Shown piece by piece: positions 37,731 to 49,746 of a stretch of 64,000 bases of DNA. The stretch comes from Polymyxa betae A26-41. Taxonomy: Eukaryota; Protista; Endomyxa: Phytomyxea. Where the stretch lies: contig RBZT01000632.1 of assembly GCA_003693705.1 (NCBI GenBank), positions 1-64,000 on the forward strand. The letters run 5' to 3'. The translations under genes and the position numbers were made by a program. The number at the start of each line of letters is the position of its first letter. The stretch's first letter is position 1. The notes below the pieces were generated by a model, which saw nothing but the letters and a program-made list of their open reading frames with translations, was not told the origin of the DNA and did no database searches.

Positions 37731-39386
37731 TTACGATTCCAGATCGTGATAGGCGGCGCTCATTATATTGCTGGTCGATAATACTGGCCCATGCGGAGCG
37801 GCGCCCATCACGTGCGAATGCTGTACGGGGGCCTTCACCAGCGGGACGTGCTGGATCCGGCCCCGATTCAGCAAACTGTTGGTCGTGGACATGGACGCCC
37901 TCTGTCCGGGCGTCGTCTCGTCCTCCCACTGAACGAAATCAGAAGATGACGATGACGCAGACCACGATTCGGAACCTGAAGGGATTCGGTCTGGGCGACG
38001 GCGCGCGTCACCTTCTCGCCAACGGCCGGCGTCTTGGCCGTGAATTTCGACGCCATCTCGGTCTCGAAGCTGGTCGTGCGACGCCCTTCGGCGGGCCAGC
38101 TCGCCCTGGCGAATCGATTCTTGGTCGTTAGAGCAACGTTCTTCATCGTCTGACGATCTTCCATCGACACAGATACCGTCTTATCTGTCAAACATCAAAT
38201 TGATGGAAAATGCCTTCAAAAAATTCAAAAAAATTCACTTCGCAATCGATCAAACACAAAATTGTTAAAGTCATTGTACCGTTGAATTCTCTGGCGACGG
38301 TTGATAGAAAGTGACCCCGTGATGACGCCTCATCATGACCGATGATCGCATGATTGGTGGCCGCCTCCGGGCGTACTGGTCGCCGGCGCTCCGTTACCGG
38401 CGGCAGGAGATAATCGCGCCCGAACGTGGTCTGGTAATCGGTCGCGGCGCCTGGATCGCCGACCACGGCATGCGACGGTCCGTCACGGGGCGCCGATCGT
38501 GCGGCGGCCGCCCTCGGCGTCGTACTGGCCGCCGTTGGGAACAGGCTCTGCCGCGCCATGCTCTGATAGTCGAGGTCGTCATCGCCGAGCATGATCCGAT
38601 GATCGTGACGGGCGTGTTCATAGGAGATCCGGGGCGTCATCAGACCCGGCCGCGCACCGAAGAACGACGCCGTGGCCGTCGCGAAATCGCGATCGTCGTG
38701 CACGCCCGATTCGCCATGTAGCGCGACCGATGGCCGATTTGGCGACGTCCGATACGGAGGCGTCGACGCCGCCAGCGACTCGCAGACATCGTTGGTCGTC
38801 ATCCATCGATCCGGGCCATCATCAGTCGTCATGGAGCGAGGCGCGGTCGGGGGGCGCATCGCTCGCGGCGTCCGCGACGGCGTCGTGGTCGTGGCGAACT
38901 GCGCCAACGTTGACGATGTCCATTCGGTCGGATGATAGCCCAGGATCAAATGCGACGTCGTCGGCAGCTTCGGGGCGGCGGTGCGTCCGGTCCGAGCACC
39001 GCTCGCGACGTACTGGACCGCGGTCTCGGTCCGCCACGGTACCGAATCCGTCCCGAACACGATATGCGACGCGACGCTGCTCGGCTTCGAAGGCGGTGCC
39101 CTGGCGGCAGCCGTCACCGGCGTCGGCGGCGTCGGCTGGTTGAAGCGATCATCGTGAGCGGCGGCGGCGAACCCAACGGAGTCTTTGGCGTTCGGGTTGG
39201 CGGTGGCCGCCGCCCGGCTCAGGCCGTGCAGTCCCGCGAACGACGCCGTCGCGGATGATTCGAAGACCGGTGTCCGCCTGCCGAGATGGATATTGGACCT
39301 GTACGACCAGTACGTCAATCGCAGCCGTGTATAGAGCAGTGGACGTTACCTTCGTGATTGTTGTAGAAGTTGCTGCTTGGCATCAT
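37731..39386 (-). CDS. Repeat protein resembling ciliary microtubule inner proteins (TEX45/SAXO-like)
   Basis: Recurrent motif [S/N]H-hydrophobic-G...[W/Y/F]x[T/S][T/S]...[Y/F] (SNIHLG..FESS, SHIVFG..WRTE..QY, SHLILG..WTSS..QF, HRIMLG..YQSM, HAVVG..YQTT..DY, HAIIG..FLST..EF) separated by P/R/T/A-rich linkers. Three introns. Confidence 0.55.
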
Positions 39387-39439
39387 GACCATCCTTCCAG
39401 GATTCGAACCTTCTCCCTGGAATTAGAAACATGATAGAT

Positions 39440-39462
39440 AGAGAGAGAGAGAGAGAGAGAGA
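39440..39462. repeat. (GA)11 microsatellite
   Basis: Directly visible; a complementary (TC)5 lies ~12 bp downstream. Confidence 0.95.
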
Positions 39463-39558
39463 AAGATCAGAACATCTCTCTCTCGCTACTTCGTACTCGC
39501 GCCCAGAGAACCCGAAATCGATCTTGGAGAATCTCGAGAGAAAAGCTCTCGGGTTTAT

Positions 39559-40438
39559 TTATCGGTGTGCGAATATGAAGGTCTGCGTAGTCGATGTCTT
39601 CAACTTCAATTTTTTGGCATTTGGATCTGTAGTTTTATGTTCATATCCTGGGAATTCATTTTCAATGAATGGAATTTTCGCTTGAAATGCGAGACCGGCA
39701 GGTTCAGCGAGTGCATCGAGATCCCTGAACCCATGTTAAGCGAATGAACGGGTCATAGCGCCATGACCTACCAGAGACTGTATGGAGGGTGATCCTTCAA
39801 TGAGATTAGGACGACACCGACCTGGTCAAGGACGGCCTTGGCGCTCATAAAGAAACCGCTGATCATGGCGCGATTTAGATGAACACGTTGTTGACCAGTA
39901 TGGGGGAAATTAAACACAATTCCTGAATATAGAAGTTATTGAGTTTGGAAGGTGTCATCTAGACGGTTACGATCAAATTTTGTCTGGAATTTGCTAGCGA
40001 GCTTGGTGGAATCGATTTTATGTTGGACTTTGATGGAGCCGGAAGTATGACGGCTAATCGTGTCGATTTCTTCCAGATGTGATTGTGCTCGTGGATATTT
40101 GCTGCGAACTTGAGCGGATGAATCGAATGATGAACAGATCAGCTGGCCTGAGATAGAATGATCGGATCGGATCCGGCAGACAGCAAGACTGAAGCTGAAA
40201 TCACCATCGCCAACGATCAGGACGTCTATAGAAACCAGAATCAGAGAGGTCGTAGAAAAGGACGCCGAGAAGCGAGGCGATGGAAACCAAACGGATACAG
40301 ACTTGGGGCTAGCACCAATGACCTCAAGGTGAGCGACGATGATGGTGGCTTCTGCGGTCGCTTTTGATGGAATTTCAATTTGACTGGGCCATTCTGGCAG
40401 CGTTTTGATGTCTTTCTCTTGTTGTTGCGGGCGTCCAT
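39559..40438 (-). CDS. BMT5: 25S rRNA m3U methyltransferase-like (BMT5/DUF2431)
   Basis: VLIVGDGDFSFSLA, SSFDS..KYP, H.IDSTKL, FDR/IVFNFPHTG, FFMSA, PPYSLW, FPGYEHK. Confidence 0.85.
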
Positions 40439-40625
40439 TATCAATTGAAAACAAAAAATGCGCAACTGCATCTGAGCAACAATTCGAGTTGCGCAATTTT
40501 TATTTTTCTCACATTGGCAAAACTGGGATTTGAAAACAGCGCGTTGGCCTGTACGGTAGGACGTAGGTGGTCAATCATTAACAAATATACCAGAGCGATC
40601 AATTAGAGAGTTTATATAAACAGAA

Positions 40626-43600
40626 TCAAATTGCAACTGAACTTGGTATCATAGATGGCAGTAGGTAGACGTATCTGCACATCACGACATCATTGATTGT
40701 GACAAGAAATGCAGAACTGCTTCTTACGGGTTATTCTTTCTTGAAGTGGCATTTCGTTCCTTGATTTTGTTGGTCACTTCATCTAATTACAAATATTAAG
40801 AACCGCAACAGATCCGAATGCATGAACTTATTACCTAGGCGATGATTGAATTCATCAAAAGCAGCCCGGGCTTTCGGATCGTTATACAGCAGATCTTGAT
40901 CGCTCACCTACAACGTATTATTGATGGCAGACAGCTATAAAACAGCTCTATCAAACCTTGCCTAGATAGACTTCATCGGGCGAATATTCGGACAGAGCAC
41001 GCGCTATTGCAACGGCTTGTACTGTTTGGGTTCTACGATGCGGGTCAGTACGACCGGTGGCGATCACAGAACGGCTGCATACATATTGGGAATGGAATCC
41101 AAGATCACCCTCTGTGTAATGGGCTCATCGATCTCATCAGGGATCGGCTTCCGCATAACTATAGGTCTCGGTTAGTTTTCTGAGCGTTACAGCTCCATAA
41201 GTACAGACTGATGGGATGATGTGGTTGCCATGCGTAATGCTCTGATAACAGTGTCAGTATTGAGACAGCCTCCATATACGGAACTGTTACCGTATTGGTT
41301 GAAGTTGATGGCTGAATGACCAGCCGAGGCTGTGTAGATCACACGAGCAGCCATCTTAACAACATCTTTAACGGTCTTGAACTCAGGAATTGTTTGCCCT
41401 GGCATTAGATCCTGAAGCTCCAGGCGGAAATGGCTGAGTTCTGCAGTGAATCAGAGACCTGGATATCGTTACATTGATATACGTTACCGGTATCGTTTGT
41501 AACCTGACTTGGGTCCTTATCGTTGTAGTATATGGCAATGTAGTCTTTGACATATTTCTTGATCGCATCCCATATTAGACAGACGTCTTCACGCCATGGA
41601 TACGCTCCTGGTTCTGTGACCAATGGAGTATTGGCGTTTTCACCGAACCCGTTCATGCGCAGCTCTTTTTTTGGCGACATGACTTCGTACGACCATAAAG
41701 AGAAACTCTTCTCGATAAACGAGAACGATTCTTGCCCTACAACGTATCAGAAACGCTTCGTAGTAAAATGAGTGTTATTTTGTTACCAAGGGCAAACAGC
41801 TTGCAGATCAGCGGCAATAACCTGTTGAAAACATTTTCAGTGGAATCGAGGCTTCACCCAGTCGTACCCGACCTTTGCCGGGCAAGAGCGTTCATAGCCA
41901 TGACATTTTGCAGATGCGGTTTCAGCAAGCGGTAGAGCGGATGCACTGGAGATAAAGATCGGCGCATGGCCAGCGCGAAACTGTTCGCTGATGAGATTAT
42001 GTTTCAGTGGTAACGGCAATTGCTGACGTTACCATTCTATGACCAAATGGCATCGAAAGAAATGTGTTCGCAGTTGATGAACTTGCGAATTGGCACTGTT
42101 CACCCACATCTTCGCCAACAGCCTGAACAGCGCATTGTCAGCGCGGAGTCTCTCGTGATGGCCTCTGGATACCATTCGTTCTGTACATTCTCCGGGCAGT
42201 TCTCACTAACCGGATAATAGATCCGTCCGTCTTTCTTGAGCTGGATAGCGACCGGGATCAGGCCGTCCGCGTGTTCGTCGTAATAAAATACACAGACAGG
42301 AGCGGCCAGATAACGCGACTCCGCATCCTGAAAAAAGCTGTGAATCGCCATGCTGGAGACCGAATCGCGGCCACCTTATCGAGACGTAAAAGGCTGGAGA
42401 TCGTGTTCATAATGAAGCCGCGATCTTGTGATGGGCGTTCTTTGACGCCCATTCGATACTGGTTCTGGAGATCGACGAAATCCTGCAGAAGAGGGCGGAA
42501 ATCCACGTAGCAGAACCGGCCGTTCTTCAGATCGTCGGCGATGTTCCGATGACGAAACAGCGGCACATTCTGACTGATGCTTTCTATGGCGATCGGGAAC
42601 CTTTCAGGAAACGCGCCCTAACAACAGCTCAGCACGCCGAGATCTTCAAGACGTGCTAGCCCGCGCTTACCGAACAGAGCTTGATCTGATAGGGATTCAG
42701 GCCGCTAACGTATCCACGTCCCATGGTGGAATCCTTCTCCCAGACCTCGTCGATAGGGGTTGGCAGCCGTCCGTTCTTGAAGAACATCAACTTCATCTCA
42801 TCGAAACTCTCCCAGCTTTTCGTGTTTCCGAAGACGGTTGACACGGCTGTGTCGACGATATCGCTGAGAATCGCCAAGCTGATCTGAGGTCCAAATTAGG
42901 ATCGCGAATTACCGAGTAATGAAGCTCTACCTGGCGAGCCTTTATCGACAGAAACTGTTCATCATCTGGCAGGTCCCAGTACTACACTCGAGTCATTAAA
43001 ACTGTCGAGACCAAACGACGTCGTACTGACCCGGCTGCACATGCCGACCGGCAAGTTCGGTAAGCGTAGCAGCTGGCTGCTATCATAAACGCTTTGCCAG
43101 TATGCCAGATCGGCACCCCGTAATTGTCTCATATATGGAGACATTCGTGGGCTAGTCGGAAGCTGGGCTTGGCCACAGAAGAAGATCCGACTTGTGCTGG
43201 CTTTGATCCACGAATAAACAGCGAAGAAGCAATCCTGGCCTCGAGACGGCTGACGAACCTGCCCAAAGGCGTCAGTTCCATCTCTGGTTAAAAGATTCAT
43301 CAATACGTACTCGAATGTAGTTGATGTAGATGGGCGTCAGCAAAGAACGCCAGCCGCTTTTGGCTTCCAAACGAATAGCGAAGATATCACCGATATCCTT
43401 GGTAGCATCGAAGCCGCTATGTACTTCCTATACGATCTCAAAACACTGTTCTGACAATATCAAGGCCCTCACTGTATCGTCGCCATGATGTCGTTCGATG
43501 AGCGATCCTTTCGATCGAAGACTGAAGGGTCCGGCCGACATATTCGGCTGCGCCCCCATGAGCGTGATGGAGAGACGCAGGTCGGTGGCCATTAGCAGAC

Positions 43601-43646
43601 GTTCACCGTTGCGGACGACGATAGTGTAGACATCGGCCGACGACAT
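40626..43646 (-). CDS. Lipoxygenase with N-terminal PLAT domain
   Basis: GLNPYQI, LIPVAIQL, LAKMWVNSANSQVHQLRTHFFRCHLVIE (HQxxxH..H iron ligands), HPLYRLLKPH, YPWRED, SAGHSAINFNQY, C-term YVYLLPSMIPSSVAI*. Many introns. Confidence 0.93.
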
Positions 43647-43899
43647 GGCAGTGTTTCGAGAACGATAAAGATCTTAATGAGGACCCTCTGCTAGATTTGA
43701 ATATCGGCACTGGAGATCGACCCCATCGACCCCATCACCCCAAACAGCGGTTCAAGTGGGCCGCGTGTCTCTTTAGATCATGAACATATCTGTGTGTGCA
43801 CAGGACTATGAGAAACGTTCGACGCGTCCAAAATGAGCGCATGACGAACGCTGTTTCTGTCAGCCATGGCCCATGGCCCCCAATTTCCTTCTCATTGAA

Positions 43900-44677
43900 A
43901 TGGCAACCTTCGAATCGACCTATTCCGTCCTACGACTTGTCTCGATATTCGGATCGTACTTGGCCCAACAAACAGAGATTCGTAAGCTAAAAAACCCTAG
44001 AATGAGCCAAAACGAAATAGATTCTCGTCACTTGGCCAGGCTGGTCTCGCAACAATTGTCATTCGGTCGTACTGGACCATGTCGAAGCGCGGCGTCGATT
44101 TGTATGAGATCTGGGCCCGCGCCTTCAATTCTTGGCGCCCGCCTCGCCAGCCGGCCGTCTATCTAGCGCCGCGAGCAGCGCTCGGCAAATCGTCATCGTC
44201 AGCCCCGCCGCCGCCCTTGGGCCTGATCTCTCCGGATCTCGTAATCCAAAGTCGTGTCCGTCGCGCTCCGATCTTAATGTCCGTCAATAGAAGGCTCTCG
44301 AGATCACGGCCTGGAACCCGTTGGGCCAGCCCGCCGACTTCGAAACGAATCGCGAACGCAATCGGCAGCTGCAGAGCGACTTGGACGCGCGTCGCGATCG
44401 AATTTGCATGTACTGGCCCTCGTCCGGATTCGATCTGGGTGGTTGGCGTGAAGACGGGTTCGTGATCTGGCTCGATGCTGATCTTGACGACGAATGGGTC
44501 GTAGAACTAGCGAGGCAGTACGACCAGGGCGCCATATATCGGTATAGGTTCGAGAAGGATGGCGACCGCATGCATATCTGGAGACAGACGGTGCCAGTTG
44601 TGATGAATAACGACGTCGGCGATGACCAAGTCGAGATGGAGCTGATCCGAGAGCCGCCGTCGCCTCCTCTTGGCTGA
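43900..44677 (+). CDS. DUF3293-like protein
   Basis: ITAWNPLGQ...N.ERNRQL..DL...WRE.GF...ELARQYDQGAIY resembles DUF3293. Introns at ~43982-44039 and ~44240-44290. Confidence 0.6.
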
Positions 44678-44701
44678 TACGAATGAAATAGAGATGTTTA
44701 T

Positions 44702-46613
44702 TTATTTACGCGGCAGGATGAAATGGAACGCTATGAAGGCGATCAAATTGATGACGAGAGCAGCTGTGAACGCGACCGGATTCGAGATCAGCAGAGCCAG
44801 CAACGTGGCCAGTACAACGACGACCTTGGGGATCGTTATGGCCCAAACGCCGGCCCATCCGCCGGGAACTTGAAACGGACGAATCGCATCGGGTTCGTTC
44901 TGCCTCAGCACGACGAACGTTGCGAATTCCAGCAGCAACGCGATACTAAACGTCATGTCACAAGGGTTAGGGTTTAGGGTTCCGGATCTGCCTGACCATG
45001 CGAACACCATCTCCAGTTGTATCAGTTGTGTTAGATCGGTCTGCACCAGGACGCACATCACCACACATTGCGCCCAGAACGATCGCAACGGGACGCCGTC
45101 CTTCGATCTCCGCTCGAACCAGGCCGGTACGACCCGGCGCCGAGTCATTGTTTGTTGGCCCATGGCGCACAGCATCTGTCCGGTAGATGCGATGCCGGCA
45201 TTGCAGAGACCCAAGCTTGATAGCAGTCCGGACAGGATCGTCAGGGCGCCGAGCCACGGACCGGCACGGCGGGCGGCCGCCACGAACCCGTTCCCGGTCG
45301 ACCAGAGCCGCGGATCGGGCATCAGGGCGTACCCAACCACGACCGGGACGACATACGCGAATGTGGACAGCATGATGGCCAGCCCTAGACCCAGCTGCCA
45401 GCAGTGGCATCAGCGCTTGACATTGTCGTGATCGGTAACATTACAGGAAGGGTTCGAGGCGGGTCGGCGATCTCACCGGCGATCGAACCGACCGAGTCCC
45501 AACCTGAAACCACGTTAGACGATTGCGGGTCGGTTGCCAGTGCAATAACGACCTGTGCTGGCCCAGAGCAGGACCGACATCAGCACGCCTATGTAATAGT
45601 CAGTTATTGTCTGGTGTTGTAGGTGATAGGGCGGCAACGACCCCAGTCAACGTTGTCCGGGATCTTGGTGAAGTCGGCCAGGTGGAATTGTCTCGCCTAC
45701 ACCGGGTCTGAATGAGGCCCCGGTTGAAAAACCCTAAACCCTAACTGACAGCGAACGGGATCTCCAGGACGAAGACGGCCATGGTCCCAAGCAGCATCAG
45801 CGCCAGCGAATCCGCCACGGTTTGAATCCCGGCCGCATTCAGCGCCGTCAGGCCCACTAAAACTAGCGGCCGCCCAATCACCATGGCCGCCCATGATTCG
45901 CTCGCCCCGGGCCAGTATGCCACGAAAATGTTCGCTATAAGGGAGCAATTCAGTCAGGCCAAGGGATACTTTAAAACTAAAAGCAAACGAAGAAAAAACG
46001 AGCAAAATTTCTTACGATAAATGCATTTATCGATGAGACCGGCGACGAACGTGTTGATGGCGTTCAGAGCGCCGAGGCTCTGTCCGAGGCCTCGGTAGAC
46101 CCAGACGACGGAGCCGCCGTTCTCTGGCATCATGGTGGCCAACTCAGCCGTCATCAGCGCTTGCGGAATCGACCAGATCAAGGGAAGGACCAACAGCCTG
46201 ATTGATGCCCAAAGTAAGCCCCGACGACAAGACATGGCGCACGTCGTACCGACCCGATCAGAGTGATGCAAGCGCCGCCAGCACTAACTGAACAGATGCA
46301 ACATTAGGTTGATGAAACCATCAGGGAGTGTCGTACCTGCCGCTTCCAAGCCGTAAGGACCGCCGCATCTGCCGAATGTCAGAAGAAAGGTGATATTATA
46401 GTTCCGGGCGCTGATGGTTTACGTGAGGAAGAAAGCGATGTAGACGAAACGCGTTAGCGAGATCGCCCCCCGGCGGAACGGCGAAATTGGCGATGCCGAT
46501 TCCAGGCCATCGTCGCTGAATTTGTCACCCAACAGCTGATCCTGCTCCGAGAGATAATCAGCAGATTTCGATCTGCCGATATGGACGCTGCCGGACTTGG
46601 CCGTCACCGTCAT
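44702..46613 (-). CDS. APC-superfamily amino acid/polyamine permease (plant LAT/PUT-like)
   Basis: GGPYGLEAA, WSIPQALMTAELATMMPENGGSVVWV, SGWDSVGSIAGEI..P, LLEFATFVVLR..EPDAIRPFQVP. Confidence 0.9.
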
Positions 46614-46743
46614 GGTTGCTCGGCTGGGCGGTACTGGCCGAACACGTGATTTGCCGACCGATCTGGATCTAGAAGAAAGCCGAAATTGAAACCGACTCGG
46701 TCGTCACAGGACGTAACAGCGGTTCAAGGTGTGATGCGCCGTT

Positions 46744-47736
46744 TTATTTCTTTGTGGACGACGAGCTCGGGGCCATTGGTTTCTCAGATTTCGAACCGGC
46801 GGCCTGCTTGGCGGTCTTCACGATCGACGTGGCGATGTTCGAAGCGCCTTTTACAGCGAACTTGGCGAGGACCTTGGCCGCTTCTGCGGGCGAAACTTCC
46901 GCCGGCGTTTTCTCGTCGTCTCGGCTTGTCGGCCCAGCAGGAATCGCTTGATAATTGCTATTAGATTTCACGACCTACGATCAATCGTCAATCGGCCAGG
47001 GACTGAAAGAAACTGGGCGAACTCGACCTCATCATAGGCAGGGGGCAGAGGCTCGATTGGGACCATCGCCTGCGCCTGTTTATTCACCGAGGTCTTGCTT
47101 GGAACGTCTTCCGACTTGTCCTTATTAGAGTTGATGAGATTCGCAGCTGCAGGAGGACGGTCGTGATGGTGAGGGGATGAAGCGTTCGTCGCCAGCATGT
47201 CGAGATCGACTTCATCTTCGCATAGACAAACGATGCAGCAATGAGGGCAGCACGGAATAGCACAGCCTAAGCCCCAAGGATGCGCTTCTGGATCCCATCG
47301 GTTGCGTCGCTGATCGCGGCTTTCCACGCTATCGTCACAGCACGGGTCGCAACGACATCCCGTTGGAAAGCATCTAAAAACGAGTCAGAGATCATTCCAG
47401 AGCTGAACTGACAACATTCGACGTACGGAAAGAGCGGATTGTGAGGAAAGCATAAGGCCACATGTTTGGCTCGGCTCTTTCGTCCATTACCAGCAAACAA
47501 ACCTAATCAAAATCAGAATAAACGCGAATATTGAAATGGAAAGAACCTGTATGCGGCGGTTTCCTCGATTCGTGTTTCCAGCAGCAAAGCCAGCCGCAGA
47601 TACACGAATAGAACGAGACACATTTCGACGTGCGATACCAGAAGCGCATCCTGTACATGTACCAAACGACGAGGGCCACTAGGGACAGGCCCAGGACGGT
47701 ATAGCCGACGATATCACCACTCTTGTCTTTACCCAT
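46744..47736 (-). CDS. Hypothetical single-pass membrane protein with Cys-rich patches
   Basis: N-terminal TM (TVLGLSLVALVVWYMY), CICGWLCC and CAIPCCPHCCIVCLC, PPAY motif; multi-exon. Confidence 0.5.
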
Positions 47737-48179
47737 CTCTGCTCAACAATAACTACATTAGATCATTATGGAGAGTGTGGCTCTCACTCTTAGAGGGTCG
47801 TCTTATCTCCGTATTGAACAGAAGAGGAGCTGAGCCACGGTCTGGGGCCTCGCACTCGGGTTCACCTCAGAACGAACTCTCACTTCGATTTCAATGCAAT
47901 CCGACCTGTGCCGAGAAGCCCGGATGGGTTGTCATATCCAGTTCCACGTCAACGTACTGTATTTAACATTCTGGAGCCATTTGATGAAGAGATGATTGTC
48001 TGGAAGAAGTGATAGGAAGAAGCAGTCGAGAACATGGGAAAGTTACGGTTTTCTATTAATTTGAAAATCGGCATAAGGAAGCAGTTGTGTGATGTAGATT
48101 TCGGCCAGATCGGAATACGTCGACCCCCTAAGTGCAACTCGAAAGCCGAGGTGCCTGTATATACGAGCCCAGTCATTAC

Positions 48180-49746
48180 TTCTCACCTAAACGTAAATCG
48201 TCAGCTTCCAACTAGCGACAACTTTGCTGACAGACATTATCAAACCCGCCTAAAGCTGCAACGCTGTGGTAAAGCAACCACAGATCAACAGGTTTGCCTT
48301 GAACAAGAAGCTTGAATTTGCCGGAATACTCGCTGTCTGGATTCTTGGACCTCAACACTTCAAGTTCTTCGAGGAAGATTTTCTTATCGTCGTCGTATCT
48401 TGTCGTACAATTGATGCATTTGAATTGCGGCCAATCGCGGCCAAATGGAGAGTGTTGCGAACAATAACTTCATATGATACTTTAGAACAAGAATCACACG
48501 AGGCATAGAACGAACCTGATCCAGCAAGACTCGCATTCTAATTTAATGTTGATCTCGGGGCACAAAGCGCATTGATGCCTTGGGCATTTCCATTTCCCAG
48601 AAGGGACGTTTCCCTGATGATTAAATCAGCTGAAGAAAAGGTTTAGTTGAATTTAGCGAAATCTCACCAGTCCAACACAAGCTGGATGATAAAGACGAGA
48701 ACAACCGACGACGTCACAAACGAGAACAGTTCCTCCAGTCTACAAATCAAATCTCAAAGAGGAACAAATAAAAATATTAGAGAACCTTGCAGATAAGGCA
48801 ATGCTCGTCTTCGTCTAGATTGACGACGATATGGTTATTCCTGCGGCGAATAGTTCTAAGAACGATTTAGATGGAATTGCAGGACAACAAAACGCTGTAC
48901 GAGACGGTGTTGATAGGCTTCTTCTTTTTAATCCAATTAGGCAGATCGGAAAGTTTCATGACAGCAGCATGGTCGTAATTGCACGCTTGCAATAAGGTCA
49001 GAGCTGCTTCCTGGTCGATCTCCATTGATCTGGGGAACATTTCCCCTGACGAGATCCGTTAAGCCTGATAGTCAGCAAATAAAGTCAAATACGCTTACTA
49101 ATTTCGGTTAAAAATGTATCGACATTGCATTCTGCATTATTCCTTTCAGGCCTCCAGAGCAATTCACCACCCAATCGCTCACTGGCTGGCTGGCACCGTT
49201 TCGATAATCCAGCCTGACCATAATAAGCCTGAGAATAGCAAAAGAACAACAAACGGCGTGATAAATTGCAACTTGTGGTTGTGAAAGTCTTCATAAAAAG
49301 AGTAAAAGTCTAAAAGGCTGAAGTTTAAGACAATGAAAAGTCTGGTTTTTTCGTGTACGAACGGCAGACAAGCAAAGTCGTGGAAAAAATTAATTAATGA
49401 GTCGGAAAGTCCAATAGGCGAACCTGATAATGGTCACATCTTCTTCTATGGACATGACCCTGTACAGCCTGATCCCCATTGGTATAATGATCGGCCAACG
49501 AGGCTATCTCTCCCATAAACATCACACTCCCGGTCGAATCGCTTCACCGTCCAAGCCGTCGCTGGTCGTATATGACGATCAAAGCCTAGTTTCGAAGCGT
49601 ACGGCGGATTCGACCTGGTCGTTGCGAAGTGCAAACAGTTGTTGATCCAGCGCTCTTAGTGTGTGAAATGAACGCAATATAGCGTAACATTTCTCATCGT
49701 CTTCGTGCTCGCTTAAAGTGACGCCACGCTCATCCTTCAAATACAT
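48180..49746 (-). CDS. Possible ELM2(-SANT) chromatin protein
   Basis: GELLWRP...VDTFL and DQEAALTLLQACNYD resemble ELM2. Exon structure and ends uncertain. Confidence 0.4.

Noticed and set aside
45381-45395. CCCTAGACCC telomere-like motif in the APC gene
   Set aside because: It is exonic, encoding LGLGLA on the minus strand, so coincidental.
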